From IMG/VR virus record IMGVR_UViG_3300027847_001698: 64,000 nt of DNA. One strand, 5' to 3'. Below, one piece after another: positions 46,936-57,359 of this stretch; positions within the stretch are counted from its first letter, which is position 1, and the number at the start of each line of letters is the position of its first letter. The position numbers and the translations under genes are program-made. Under the pieces are notes generated by a model that worked only from the letters and a program-made list of their open reading frames with translations, was not told the DNA's origin and did not search any database. The DNA comes from a virus. Lineage: Duplodnaviria > Caudoviricetes.

Positions 46936-47679
46936 TTATACTGTTACTTCCGGATAGACTGGAGCTCCCGCTCCTTTAATAGACTTCTCGAGTAACGCCC
47001 GCTGCTGGCGAGCGGAAACAATCACCAGCTTGTTTTCCGCTTTGGGTTTTTTCACCAACATGAATTTGTCAGCTTCCGTCATAGCTTCCGCACACTCAAC
47101 ACATGACTTTGCAGCCAAGAGAGTGCTATGTTGGTGGAGGTGTTGTGTAGCTACGAAATATGATGGAGTGGCAGGAAAAATCCGACAGTGATCGGTGTCA
47201 ACTTGCAACCCAAACGAGGTATGTTTCATGTCCATGAATGCCCAGGCGATGTGCCTAGCCAACCAATTCATGGGTCGGAATACACCGAGAGGTGTCGGAT
47301 TTCCATTGAAGTGATCTCTTGGTACACAGGATAGGAACGACATTGACATCTTCGTTTCTTGTTTCACAGGGTCATGATAGTCCCCTAAACTCATGTGACC
47401 AAAACAACGGATCTCGGTCTCTTGGGTTTTAAGGTTATACATAGCCATGTGGATGGCCGCCGCGACCGAGTTTCGACTCTTTGAAAGGAAGAACTCATAC
47501 CTAAGTGATTCTTCCCTCGATGCGGTGCTGGATTTGTATTGCGCCGTTCCGCTGCAGGCATGGTCTAGGTTTGAACCTATCCACATACCGGCTTGAATCG
47601 GAGAGATCTCTGATGCCGCTCTTTTATAACTCTTTGTTGTTGACTTCTGCGTGGGAGCAGTTCCGGAAGCGTTTGGCAC
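46936..47679 (-). CDS. Hypothetical protein
   Basis: 247 aa, GC-richer DNA. Confidence 0.7.
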   Translation of the reverse strand: MPNASGTAPTQKSTTKSYKRAASEISPIQAGMWIGSNLDHACSGTAQYKSSTASREESLRYEFFLSKSRNSVAAAIHMAMYNLKTQETEIRCFGHMSLGDYHDPVKQETKMSMSFLSCVPRDHFNGNPTPLGVFRPMNWLARHIAWAFMDMKHTSFGLQVDTDHCRIFPATPSYFVATQHLHQHSTLLAAKSCVECAEAMTEADKFMLVKKPKAENKLVIVSARQQRALLEKSIKGAGAPVYPEVTV

Positions 47680-47787
47680 TTTAGGCGGTTCTCCTTGTTA
47701 AAAAAGATGGAAGGGTTTTATTCTTCCGGTTCTCGGTTTAATGGAAAACATTATTAATACATAACAAAGTTTTCCTCTCATAATTTA

Positions 47788-47797
47788 ATATATATAG
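47788..47797 (-). promoter_or_regulatory. CTATATATAT motif, candidate promoter for leftward units (representative copy)
   Basis: Plus-strand ATATATATAG at 3200, 18251, 21894, 42243 and 47788; all intergenic and upstream of minus-strand genes. Confidence 0.5.
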
Positions 47798-47877
47798 AAT
47801 GAGTTTATTAAACCAAGATACGATTAATACGACAAGAACAAATAATAAGAGGAAATGCCATCCACGGAAAAAGTTTC

Positions 47878-48036
47878 ATGAATGATAAATTTATACAAGT
47901 TAAACAAATACTGCAAGATAACACATCTGCAACTATATCTGGGTACGAATCTTTACCTACCAATAATGGTAATTTAATAGATTCATCTAAGAAAAAGAAA
48001 AAGAAAAAAATACTAAAGTTATATAAAGACTACTAA
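47878..48036 (+). CDS. Small basic protein (52 aa)
   Basis: MNDKFIQ...KKKKKKKILKLYKDY; stop abuts the ATG of 48037. Confidence 0.5.
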   Translation: MNDKFIQVKQILQDNTSATISGYESLPTNNGNLIDSSKKKKKKKILKLYKDY

Positions 48037-49113
48037 ATGGCACAATCTATTGTTGATACCCCATATCTGGATACATCGCCTCCAGTTTTCAATGTCTCTC
48101 CTGTAATTGTTGAACCTTTCATTTTTGTCCCTGAAATTAATTATTGGGCCACTAATGTTATAGAAAACAGTTCAGTGGAAGTAGACTATATGAAAAAACC
48201 AGTTAAAGTTTCTGAAACCGATTGGAAGCTAGATGGTTCAGTATTAGACTTATTGTTTAATTATACCTACAATTCCGATAAGTACGGTATATACTATAGA
48301 AAAGTATCAAAAGAAAAAATAACAGATAAACAGGTTAGTAATAGAATTAGTATATATGCTGGCCGATTAGATATATATCATTCTGATTCTACAACTGCAT
48401 TAGAAGTAGGAGTGGTAGCTGGAGATACCACCACATTTGGTATGAGTGTAGAAATTATTCCTGATACTACTATTACTCTTGTACAAGCTCAAGATAATGC
48501 TCTTCTACTTGATACTAATGTACTGGATAGCAAAAACATCTTCAATATCACATTTGGTGAGAATGATATGTTGTCATTATTATATGATTTCAAAGTAGGA
48601 AATACTATAGTATTAAATAGCATAGTGTATAATGACCTTCCTAGTGATCTATCAAAGCTAATTTATATATTTCTGAATTACGAATTAAATAATGATACAA
48701 CATTATATGAAACAGGAACTTCTCTCTCCACCGAAGATAGACTTATAACTTGGTTATTTGAACAGTGGTTAGTAAATCATTTCTTTAGACGAAAGAAATT
48801 CAATCCTTCGTTACCTTTTACAGATTTAGGATCTTTATTAGAAAGTCAAGATTTTTGGCAGATTATAGAATTAGATCAAACTTCTATAACTGATAAAAAA
48901 GTTGTATTTCCTCCAGGAAAAGATCCTATAAATGCATCATTCATATTTATGGCGCATGATTCACATAAGCAAGTATTAGATACTGATTATAAATTTATAA
49001 CCAACGATGATTCTACTGCATCAGCAGAAGTAAACTGGAGCGGATTAGGACTAGAGAGTAAAGTATCTCTAACCGATAGAATCTATTTATTATGGGCATA
49101 CAATCCTAATTAA
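48037..49113 (+). CDS. Putative virion structural protein
   Basis: 358 aa, first large gene of the plus-strand tail block. Confidence 0.6.
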   Translation: MAQSIVDTPYLDTSPPVFNVSPVIVEPFIFVPEINYWATNVIENSSVEVDYMKKPVKVSETDWKLDGSVLDLLFNYTYNSDKYGIYYRKVSKEKITDKQVSNRISIYAGRLDIYHSDSTTALEVGVVAGDTTTFGMSVEIIPDTTITLVQAQDNALLLDTNVLDSKNIFNITFGENDMLSLLYDFKVGNTIVLNSIVYNDLPSDLSKLIYIFLNYELNNDTTLYETGTSLSTEDRLITWLFEQWLVNHFFRRKKFNPSLPFTDLGSLLESQDFWQIIELDQTSITDKKVVFPPGKDPINASFIFMAHDSHKQVLDTDYKFITNDDSTASAEVNWSGLGLESKVSLTDRIYLLWAYNPN

Positions 49114-49115
49114 AC

Positions 49116-51572
49116 ATGCATAGTCACAACGACGTTTTCACTCTAATTAAATTCTATGATGACAATAAAAACATTATAGGTTCAAGTCAATCCGATCTAC
49201 AGGACATAATTCTTACAACTGAAACAAAAGATATAGAAGAAACGACCCTGCAAATTGCAATTGATACTAAGCTGCAAACTTTAGAATATTTCAAAGTAGC
49301 AATAGATGTTCCTGCTTTTAATTCAACTGATTATAATAAAATAAGAAGATTACTTATAGACTGGTATTCCGCAAATAAAACCTTCTCGACTCTTCAAAAA
49401 AATACATCTGACCCTAATACATTAGAAGCACCATTATTAGAAGAAGCAATAAAGAGTATGGGTTTTAATTACTCTCATCTAATAACACAAAAAGATTCTA
49501 GAGCTCAGTTTTTATTAAACTTAACAGAGCTATATAAAACAAAAGGCTCACCTCAAACTATGTTAGATGCATTAAAATTCTTCGGATTCTTTAATGTAAA
49601 GGTGTATGAATGGTGGTTAGTAAGAGATCATACTGATGATAAATTCACATTCGAAGGTCGGAAAGTAAATACGACTGAGACTGAATTTGAAAGTGTATTT
49701 CCTGAAACACGACTTTTAGATTATGAAGACTTTGAATTATTAGCTGATCCTCATTGGTTTTATAATAAAGCAAAAATATTAGAATTAGATAATGATCCTG
49801 ATAGAGGACTGTTAGGGTTACCTTCAGGTACTCCATATTTCAGTCTAGCTTCTATTGCTGACATCGGAACTATCAATGAATCATATCTAATCATTAGTAG
49901 GTTAGTTAAGGATCAATACGATAATCATATTGCAGGAACTCCTCCACCTAAAGATATTTTAATTGATGCATTCAGATATAAAGTGTCATTACTTTCGTTA
50001 TTTTTATCTATTCTTTATATTCATTGGAAATACAATGATTTCTTAAAATATGATAAACTTAGAGATTATGTTATTACAGAGTTTTTTGTTGATCCCGAAA
50101 CTGATCTATTAAATCCTTTTACATTTGAACAACCAAATTCATATGAAAAACTTCTCTTCTGGACTATTGCAAGAGTTAATGCCATTGGTGATCCTGATCC
50201 ATTTGATATAACGGCATCTAACAAAGCAATAAATCTCCCTAAAGTTAAGACTATACCTGATCTTCCTGTAACTGCGGAATTGAATACACTGAATACCGTG
50301 TTAATTGGTGCTAGTGGTACTCCAGAAATATACAAATACAATGGAACATCTTGGGACCTTAGTGAAATTCCATTCATTGCCAAACAGCCACAATCAGAAA
50401 CATCATTTAAATTATATCCGGCATGTCATGAAGTTTATGATTCTGAAGTTGATGTCTCAAGTGATTTAAATGATTCGTTTTTAAATTTTGATGATTCAGT
50501 AATCAATTATGATGAAAAGGTATTATATCCTCTGTTAAATAGATCTCCAAATCTACCCGATTTTGCTAAGTATTTATATGCAACAGATGATGATATTCCT
50601 AACTACAATCTACCATTTACACAAGTCGTAGATTTAGAAGAAGAGATTACAGAAACAATTGCAGCATACAAAACAACAATTGAAAGACCTACTGATTATG
50701 ATGACGCTAAAGCAAAATTAGATACGTTGTTATCTACCTATCATAGAAATCAATCATTAAACTTCTTACAGAATAAAATAAACCCTGAAGCATTACTGAC
50801 AGCTTTGAATCCTGAATTTAAAGCAGATATTGATGCACGAATTGGTACTGACTTATTTTCATCTGTCGATATAGAAGAGATACTGTTCATTGAATTAGAT
50901 GCGTTTTCTGCTGGATTAATTGGCAAAACTCCTATTGATCTAAAACAATTATTATTAGGTATTCCTAATATTGATACTAAGTTCATTCCTGTTGTTGATT
51001 TCTGGAAGCCTAAGCGTGCTAGATTTTTAGCATTTGAGTTGATATATCAGATATCTAATGCATTAACTGATTCTATTAATTTAAAGGATACACTTAGCCA
51101 AACAATATCTGAAACTTATCATGACACGATTAGAGGAGTACATAGAGAGAACTATGATGTATACCCGTATAGCCATGATCAGAACCATGTAAGAGACGAG
51201 GTAACTGTATCAATGACATTGTTCAATGATGACCCAATTCCATCTATACAGATAGCAACTGGACCACATAGGCTATACCCATGTAAAGCTCTTACAGGGG
51301 ATGACCTATCAGCTAAAAATGATTTAGTTACATTAGCTGATGACGAAGGAACAACATATACAATAATAGAAGGTGATAGAATAGTGTCATCATTTGATCA
51401 TAAGATATATGTAGCACAAGCAACCGGTACTACTTGGGTTGTAGCATACAATGGAACCTTAACCACAGATGACATTTTTAGAGTAGATACTGATTTAACT
51501 AAGACACCTGGATCTGCTGAAGTATCAGCATTGTACTTTTATAACGGATCTAGCTTAGACTTGATAATTTAG
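49116..51572 (+). CDS. Baseplate wedge protein (gp7-like)
   Basis: LYKTKGSP...LKFFG motif typical of gp7/P2 gpI-like wedge proteins; tail-module context. Confidence 0.65.
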   Translation: MHSHNDVFTLIKFYDDNKNIIGSSQSDLQDIILTTETKDIEETTLQIAIDTKLQTLEYFKVAIDVPAFNSTDYNKIRRLLIDWYSANKTFSTLQKNTSDPNTLEAPLLEEAIKSMGFNYSHLITQKDSRAQFLLNLTELYKTKGSPQTMLDALKFFGFFNVKVYEWWLVRDHTDDKFTFEGRKVNTTETEFESVFPETRLLDYEDFELLADPHWFYNKAKILELDNDPDRGLLGLPSGTPYFSLASIADIGTINESYLIISRLVKDQYDNHIAGTPPPKDILIDAFRYKVSLLSLFLSILYIHWKYNDFLKYDKLRDYVITEFFVDPETDLLNPFTFEQPNSYEKLLFWTIARVNAIGDPDPFDITASNKAINLPKVKTIPDLPVTAELNTLNTVLIGASGTPEIYKYNGTSWDLSEIPFIAKQPQSETSFKLYPACHEVYDSEVDVSSDLNDSFLNFDDSVINYDEKVLYPLLNRSPNLPDFAKYLYATDDDIPNYNLPFTQVVDLEEEITETIAAYKTTIERPTDYDDAKAKLDTLLSTYHRNQSLNFLQNKINPEALLTALNPEFKADIDARIGTDLFSSVDIEEILFIELDAFSAGLIGKTPIDLKQLLLGIPNIDTKFIPVVDFWKPKRARFLAFELIYQISNALTDSINLKDTLSQTISETYHDTIRGVHRENYDVYPYSHDQNHVRDEVTVSMTLFNDDPIPSIQIATGPHRLYPCKALTGDDLSAKNDLVTLADDEGTTYTIIEGDRIVSSFDHKIYVAQATGTTWVVAYNGTLTTDDIFRVDTDLTKTPGSAEVSALYFYNGSSLDLII

Positions 51573-51622
51573 AAAACGACAACTAGAACAAATTTACTAT
51601 ATCACTAGTAGGAAATTAGAGA

Positions 51623-52303
51623 ATGGTCAATATAATAAACATTAAAGAAAATCTTCACAAACATGTAAAGGACGAAGTAACCTCTACGGTTAGAGGACAA
51701 GTAGAAATATACGAAAAGTTCCCCGATGGTAATTTAAAGTTACACGACAAAAGTAATTTAGTAGTATACCAAGGACGTAATTGGTTAATGCAAAGGGCAT
51801 TAAATGAAATCACTATTCCCGAATCTGTGTCAAATATAAAGAATGCATTTATATCTTGGTTTGGTTGTGGATCAGGTGGAGCATCGTCAAACTTAATGGT
51901 CCCATTAGCTCCATCATTGAGTGATGCAGATTTAACACAACAGTCAACTATAAATAACAAAGTCTCAACTGATTGTATTGATGATGGAAAATATCATCCA
52001 TTTGATAGTGTGGAATTTGTTATTGATTCTGATAACAATAATGAATTACTTAAAGCTTCTATAACTGTTACATTAGGAGCAGATGACGGTAATGGTCCAG
52101 CAGGCGGAACAACTGTTTCAGATTTCTATGACCTCAATGAAGCTGGCTTATATGTAAGTGACAGTAAACTTCAAGCGGACTTCACAGGTGGAAGTGCAGC
52201 CGCACATTTAGCAACTATTAGAATGTTTGCTAGAGTGACATTCAGCACATTAAGAAAGTTTCCAGAACGTCAGATTGTTTTCGTCTGGAATGTATTCTTT
52301 TAA
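51623..52303 (+). CDS. Baseplate/tail-fibre attachment protein
   Basis: NLVV..GR, FGCGSG, NEAGL, FARVTF...K...W.VFF pattern. Confidence 0.65.
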   Translation: MVNIINIKENLHKHVKDEVTSTVRGQVEIYEKFPDGNLKLHDKSNLVVYQGRNWLMQRALNEITIPESVSNIKNAFISWFGCGSGGASSNLMVPLAPSLSDADLTQQSTINNKVSTDCIDDGKYHPFDSVEFVIDSDNNNELLKASITVTLGADDGNGPAGGTTVSDFYDLNEAGLYVSDSKLQADFTGGSAAAHLATIRMFARVTFSTLRKFPERQIVFVWNVFF

Positions 52304-52323
52304 AAAAAGAGAGAAATAAAGAA

Positions 52324-52518
52324 ATGACTAAATATTCATATGTATTACGAGAACTATCTGGATCAAGTATCAACAAGAAATCCAATAAGACTGCCAAAAA
52401 GGAAGTCCCAGAAGCTTTTAAGAAGGAATGGAAGAACAAAGACAAAGATGGTGATGGCAAGGAGAATGAACCCAAACCTGACTTCGTGAAAGAGGTTGAA
52501 AAGAATAAGAAGAAATAA
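52324..52518 (+). CDS. Small charged protein
   Basis: 64 aa; shares its 5' sequence with the next gene. Confidence 0.65.
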   Translation: MTKYSYVLRELSGSSINKKSNKTAKKEVPEAFKKEWKNKDKDGDGKENEPKPDFVKEVEKNKKK

Positions 52519-52532
52519 TCAAAGATAATAAA

Positions 52533-52882
52533 ATGTCTATATATTCATATGTATTACGAGAATTATTTAACAAGAAAAGAAAAGATTGGAATCGTAAGAT
52601 ATCACCAGAAGAAAAATAGCTCAGGATATATATGATGTATCAATTAGTGGTCGAACAGATGTTTACGATTTAGCAGAGTCAAAATTTAAAGATTTAGAAA
52701 AAAATCCAAAAACTGTACCCATAGCTGCAAAATGGATGGCTGATCATTGTTTTAAGAAATATAAACAACTGATCAACAAGTTATCAAAATCTCAAAAATT
52801 AAAAGTTCATACCAAACTTAAAGATGGATTTGAAGAGCAACTTTATGAAAGTGGAAAAATGGATTGGATAAAAAAGGGGTAA
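52533..52882 (+). pseudogene. Frameshifted ORF (pseudogene, recoded gene or sequence error)
   Basis: MSIYSYVLREL... stops after 28 codons; a different frame is open 52598-52882 with no nearby start. Confidence 0.55.
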
Positions 52883-52891
52883 CCCCCTCTT

Positions 52892-53119
52892 TTATCCCGG
52901 AATACGGAGTGTTACACATGTAACATCGTGTTTTTCCGCATGACGATCATTCATCGCCACATCGACTTGATTCTGAAGAAAATCAATCCCCCAGTCCATT
53001 ACGTCTTTGTGACTCAAAAACGCGTCCACTGATTCAATAGTGAACTTTGTTTTCAATGTGGATTCCAATTGACTCACTGCTTCTGCAATACTCGTAGCAA
53101 CATCAATGACATCTGGCAT
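52892..53119 (-). CDS. Hypothetical protein
   Basis: 75 aa; GAGGG RBS. Confidence 0.6.
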   Translation of the reverse strand: MPDVIDVATSIAEAVSQLESTLKTKFTIESVDAFLSHKDVMDWGIDFLQNQVDVAMNDRHAEKHDVTCVTLRIPG

Positions 53120-53494
53120 TTTTAATTCCCTCTGTTAGTTGTTAAAGTTTGAATAGTTTCTTTGAATCACAAGTTAATATGTATAGACAAACTATAGCCA
53201 AAAGAAACATGCAACCAACTGAAGGGTTAGTTCAATTGGCCACATATCCAAACGACTGACTCGTCTTGTACTAATTGTGAGTATAACGTTTATACTCACA
53301 ATTCAATGTATCTGAATCACATTGGACTGTCCTCCTATTTCTGATTCCTATACCGTTGTTATAGCAATATGGAACGAGTTTCGTTCCTGATGCGTGCATC
53401 AATATATATAAATGAATTATCCTATACCATTCTCCAGAACAAAAATAAAAGTACAATTTAAGTATAATAGATTTTAAACTAAGGATTAGTTATT

Positions 53495-55171
53495 ATGGCA
53501 AACAATGTAAGCCCAGGTGTGTTCACTAAAATAATAGATTTATCTTCCTTTCTTGTAGAAACTCCAGGAACTCATGCATTCCTGCCATTTCTATCGAGAA
53601 CAGGTCCAGATAACAAAGCAGTTTTTGTTGCAAGTCTTCAACAGTTTGTAGATCTATATGGAAGACCAAATATCAATGACTTTGGGAAGTCATTCGGGCA
53701 AGGCCCATATGTGGCGTATAACCACATTTCTGTTGCTCCTGGATTTTGGGCAATGCGCGTTCTACCTACTGATGCAACGTATTCTAATTTATTTGTAAAC
53801 TATAATACAGATTCAACAGGGGCAATATCAGTAACTCACGAAACTACCCTTAATACACATGGGGAAATAGATACTGAAGTAGCACAGACAACTGGGACTA
53901 TTACTCCATTAGTAGCTTTCTACCCAATTGGTAGAGGAGATGCTTATGATGATTTTGCCATTACAATTACTAAACATGCAAATACACAATTAACTGGAAT
54001 CTACATTCTTGATATTTGGAAAACTCAAGCTGATGGAGATGATGTAATTATAGAAACATATGAGATTTCATTTGAATCAACTGCTATAGATGATTCTGGT
54101 GATTCCATATTCATTGTGGATGTTGTAAATAGATACTCCAAATGGATTAGAGTTAAAGCCAATGAAACATCTATTAATGAATGGCAAAAATCATCTATCG
54201 AAATTGTAGTTGGTGATTCAGTAACACCTGTTCACTTATTCAACGGTTCAGAAGGCAATATCATTGCGGTTGATTCCGATACCGGTAAGAGAACAATGGG
54301 GTCAACCGAAATTACAAATGCAACTTCACTTCTAATTGATGCATATACAGGATTGATTGAAAATCCCGAAAGTGGACTATTGGATGAAACTGTATTAGAC
54401 CTAGATGATACATACATACCAATCGTATATGATGCTGGTTATCCAACATCAGTCAAGAATGCTGCTGTTACATTAACAAGTAGCTTAAGATTAGATGGTG
54501 TAGCTATCCTTGATAATGGTGATAATGTATCAGTAGATGCAGCCCTTTCAGCTAGAGATGCTAGTCATACATACAATACTGCTTACGCATCAATATTTGA
54601 ATGTTACAGTAAAATATTTGATAACCATACTGGTAAAGAATTATGGGTAAGTCCTGTTTATCACATGGCTTCAATGATTCCTCAGAATGATAGATTGTTT
54701 GGTATTTGGTATCCAAATGCTGGATTCAATAGAGGAACCGTTGATAACATTATGGAATTGAGATTCAATCCCAGGATAGCTGATAGAGACAGATTATATC
54801 TCAAACAAGTTAATCCAATTGTTAAATTCTCAATCGGTTATGCAGTATTCTCTAATTTAACTACACAAAGAAAACCTTCTGCTCTTCAAGACTTAAGTGT
54901 ACACAGAACAATTCTGTATATTCAAAGGAACTTGGAACAATTTCTCAAGTTCCATATCTTTGAATTAAATACACCTGAAGAACATTCAAGAATGGCTGCG
55001 GCAATAACACCGTTCTTATCATCAATCAAATCTGCAAGAGGATTGGTTGATTACAGTGTTGAGGTCGGAGCAAACGAATATGAAATTAAAACTAAACAAA
55101 TGCACGTTAATGTAATATTACAGCCAACGAAAGCAATTGAAAGAATTAACTTAAATCTATTCATAAAATAA
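53495..55171 (+). CDS. Contractile tail sheath protein (gp18-like)
   Basis: SPGV N-terminus, YDAGY, WYPNAGFNRG, LY..QVNP, PTKAIERI.L C-terminus. Confidence 0.93.
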   Translation: MANNVSPGVFTKIIDLSSFLVETPGTHAFLPFLSRTGPDNKAVFVASLQQFVDLYGRPNINDFGKSFGQGPYVAYNHISVAPGFWAMRVLPTDATYSNLFVNYNTDSTGAISVTHETTLNTHGEIDTEVAQTTGTITPLVAFYPIGRGDAYDDFAITITKHANTQLTGIYILDIWKTQADGDDVIIETYEISFESTAIDDSGDSIFIVDVVNRYSKWIRVKANETSINEWQKSSIEIVVGDSVTPVHLFNGSEGNIIAVDSDTGKRTMGSTEITNATSLLIDAYTGLIENPESGLLDETVLDLDDTYIPIVYDAGYPTSVKNAAVTLTSSLRLDGVAILDNGDNVSVDAALSARDASHTYNTAYASIFECYSKIFDNHTGKELWVSPVYHMASMIPQNDRLFGIWYPNAGFNRGTVDNIMELRFNPRIADRDRLYLKQVNPIVKFSIGYAVFSNLTTQRKPSALQDLSVHRTILYIQRNLEQFLKFHIFELNTPEEHSRMAAAITPFLSSIKSARGLVDYSVEVGANEYEIKTKQMHVNVILQPTKAIERINLNLFIK

Positions 55172-55215
55172 AACAATAAGATGGAACAAATTAATAAAAT
55201 TCGCGGAGTAATAGG

Positions 55216-56037
55216 ATGCATAATAGTTTCGTAAAAACCCAAGAGAACCGCCATGATAGATATTTTGGCGGGACTAGTAAGGGGGTCGCTGATCCATATA
55301 TCAGTGGCTATCACTTCATTCATTTCAAACATCTTCCGCCAAACCTTTCAGCCCACCTAGCTGTTAATGACCCGGCAGATCTCGGTTTTCAAGAAGGTCC
55401 TCCTGGAAACGATGAAATAGCTAGATTATTAGCTGCATCATGTTTGTCTGTTACTCCAGTCGGGGGAACACTAAACAGAGCTGAATTCACTGGTCTTGGC
55501 GGAACGAAATGGTCCGTTCCTACAAATATTGATTATGGGAATACTCTTTCAATGAGATTCCTGGAATATAGTAGATTACCTATCCTTCATGTATTCAACA
55601 ACTGGTTTAGAATGATCAGAGAATACAGAAATGGTACCAGTTTGTTAACTGGAAGTGCTAAAAGCCAGACATCTATAGAATATACTAAATCGGCATATTC
55701 TGGAACACTATTATACTGGACAACAAAACCAGATGGTGTAACAGTAGAATATGCTGCATGTTATACAGGTGTTTACCCAACAAAAGATCCCCAAGAACTG
55801 TATGCTGGCGACATAGCCTCATCAGATAAGCTAGAAGTTGATATGGAGTTCAGCTTCGATATGCCTTTCATGGAGAGTTGGGTAAGAAAAGAATGTCAGT
55901 TCATGGCAAATCTCTACCACGGGGAAGGTATCAAGGCACATGGCGGATATAAGGTAGGTACTTCAACAGCTAATAATACTGAAGAAGGTAGTCATACCGA
56001 TTCCGGTGGAATTGGCACTGCAACATCACCTGCATAA
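55216..56037 (+). CDS. Tail tube protein (gp19-like)
   Basis: Follows the sheath gene; VPTNI.YG...SMRFLE...FNNW and GVYP.......D...F.FD pattern. Confidence 0.8.
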   Translation: MHNSFVKTQENRHDRYFGGTSKGVADPYISGYHFIHFKHLPPNLSAHLAVNDPADLGFQEGPPGNDEIARLLAASCLSVTPVGGTLNRAEFTGLGGTKWSVPTNIDYGNTLSMRFLEYSRLPILHVFNNWFRMIREYRNGTSLLTGSAKSQTSIEYTKSAYSGTLLYWTTKPDGVTVEYAACYTGVYPTKDPQELYAGDIASSDKLEVDMEFSFDMPFMESWVRKECQFMANLYHGEGIKAHGGYKVGTSTANNTEEGSHTDSGGIGTATSPA

Positions 56038-56067
56038 TAAGAATAATAGCAGCTAAATCATAAGTTC

Positions 56068-56115
56068 ACAGGAATCAACATAGTATATGTATTATGTTGA
56101 TTCCTGTTTTTTTTT
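56068..56115 (+). terminator. Rho-independent terminator after the tube gene
   Basis: 15-bp perfect stem ACAGGAATCAACATA/TATGTTGATTCCTGT followed by a T-run. Confidence 0.85.
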
Positions 56116-56202
56116 CGTTATATACTAGGAAATTTATTTCTACGATTAATTAAATCAAATCAATAACTATCTACAAACTAATTTTAATCGAAGGAGCTTG
56201 TC

Positions 56203-57156
56203 ATGGACAACCCATCTGTAGAAGAATCACCAATGGCTAATGTTGCACCGTTACCGCAACAATTAACGCCTGACACACCCCCACCCCCACCCCAAATGCC
56301 ACCACCCCAAATGCCACCACCAGTGGTAACACCTCAAGTATCAACTGCTACAATGTCCCCAACAGGATACTTTGCTGGCTTTACTGATGTTAAGTTACCA
56401 GAATATGAGTTAATAACTCCTCAAAGTTTATATTCCATAACAGTTAAAACAATGACTGTTGAAGTGGAAGAAAATCTTAAAGGTAGTTTAATAACCCCTA
56501 GAAAAGTTCCGGAACATTTGAATAAAGCACTCTGGCAATCAATTGTAAGCAAACCTGAAAATATTGTAACATATGATGACTTTCTAAAAAATATAACTAT
56601 TAAGGATAGAGATGTCCTTATGTATGCATTGTACCATATCTCATATAAAGATGTGAGGAATTATGATGTAACATGTTTACAGTGTAGAAAATCCAATCCT
56701 ATTACATTTGAAATTGGAAAGATATTTCAGATGGAAGCATTTAATGGTAGTCCTGGAGAAATAATCAATAAACGTATTGATATTCCACTGCCTATCATAA
56801 GCAATGTTACTGCCGTTATAAAGCAACCAGTTATTGCAGATGAAAAAGCAATGTTAGAAGATATGCTTTTTCAGAGCGATAAGAATTTAGAATTGGGAAC
56901 AGAAATGTTAGTCATTGATAAATTCGTTATGGAAAATAATGGAGTACGTCAAGATATTACAGGACGAGACAATATATTCAGAGCATATAATACATTGTCG
57001 AGTCAAGATAGAAAAGCAATAAGTCGTGAGTATGTAGAAAACTTTGGTAAGTATGCTATGAAATTAGAAATACAAACCACCTGTCCAAGTTGCGGAGTCT
57101 CGGACGATACACCCATAGACTTATTCAACCAATTTTTTCGTTCACTGCACGAATGA
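56203..57156 (+). CDS. Baseplate hub/tail assembly protein (gp26-like)
   Basis: PEYELITP, KTMTV..E, DRD.L, two CxxC motifs (CLQC, CPSCG), FF near the end. Confidence 0.8.
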   Translation: MDNPSVEESPMANVAPLPQQLTPDTPPPPPQMPPPQMPPPVVTPQVSTATMSPTGYFAGFTDVKLPEYELITPQSLYSITVKTMTVEVEENLKGSLITPRKVPEHLNKALWQSIVSKPENIVTYDDFLKNITIKDRDVLMYALYHISYKDVRNYDVTCLQCRKSNPITFEIGKIFQMEAFNGSPGEIINKRIDIPLPIISNVTAVIKQPVIADEKAMLEDMLFQSDKNLELGTEMLVIDKFVMENNGVRQDITGRDNIFRAYNTLSSQDRKAISREYVENFGKYAMKLEIQTTCPSCGVSDDTPIDLFNQFFRSLHE

Positions 57157-57346
57157 AGAATCACTGATCGAGTACCAGAAGTCAATACAGGAAAATATAT
57201 TCCTAGCAATGGAACTCGGTAAACAACAATATACCTCTATTATTAAAATGCCGATTGATCGTCTTCATAGTTACATCAAGTGGAAAGTTAAATTTGACGA
57301 AGAAGTGTCCAAAATGAAAGAAGATCAACTTAAAGATATTAAGTAG
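57134..57346 (+). CDS. gp51-like/tail-chaperone extension, probably reached by frameshift
   Basis: Frame open 57119-57346: FFVHCTNEESLIEYQKSIQENIFLAMELGKQQYTSIIKMPIDRLHSYIKWKVKFDEE...; first ATG only at 57209. Confidence 0.65.
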   Translation, partial: FFVHCTNEESLIEYQKSIQENIFLAMELGKQQYTSIIKMPIDRLHSYIKWKVKFDEEVSKMKEDQLKDIK

Positions 57347-57359
57347 AGAACAAATTTAA

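Noticed and set aside
56280-56322. Short tandem repeat encoding PPPQM twice
   Set aside because: Ordinary low-complexity expansion in a disordered N-terminus.
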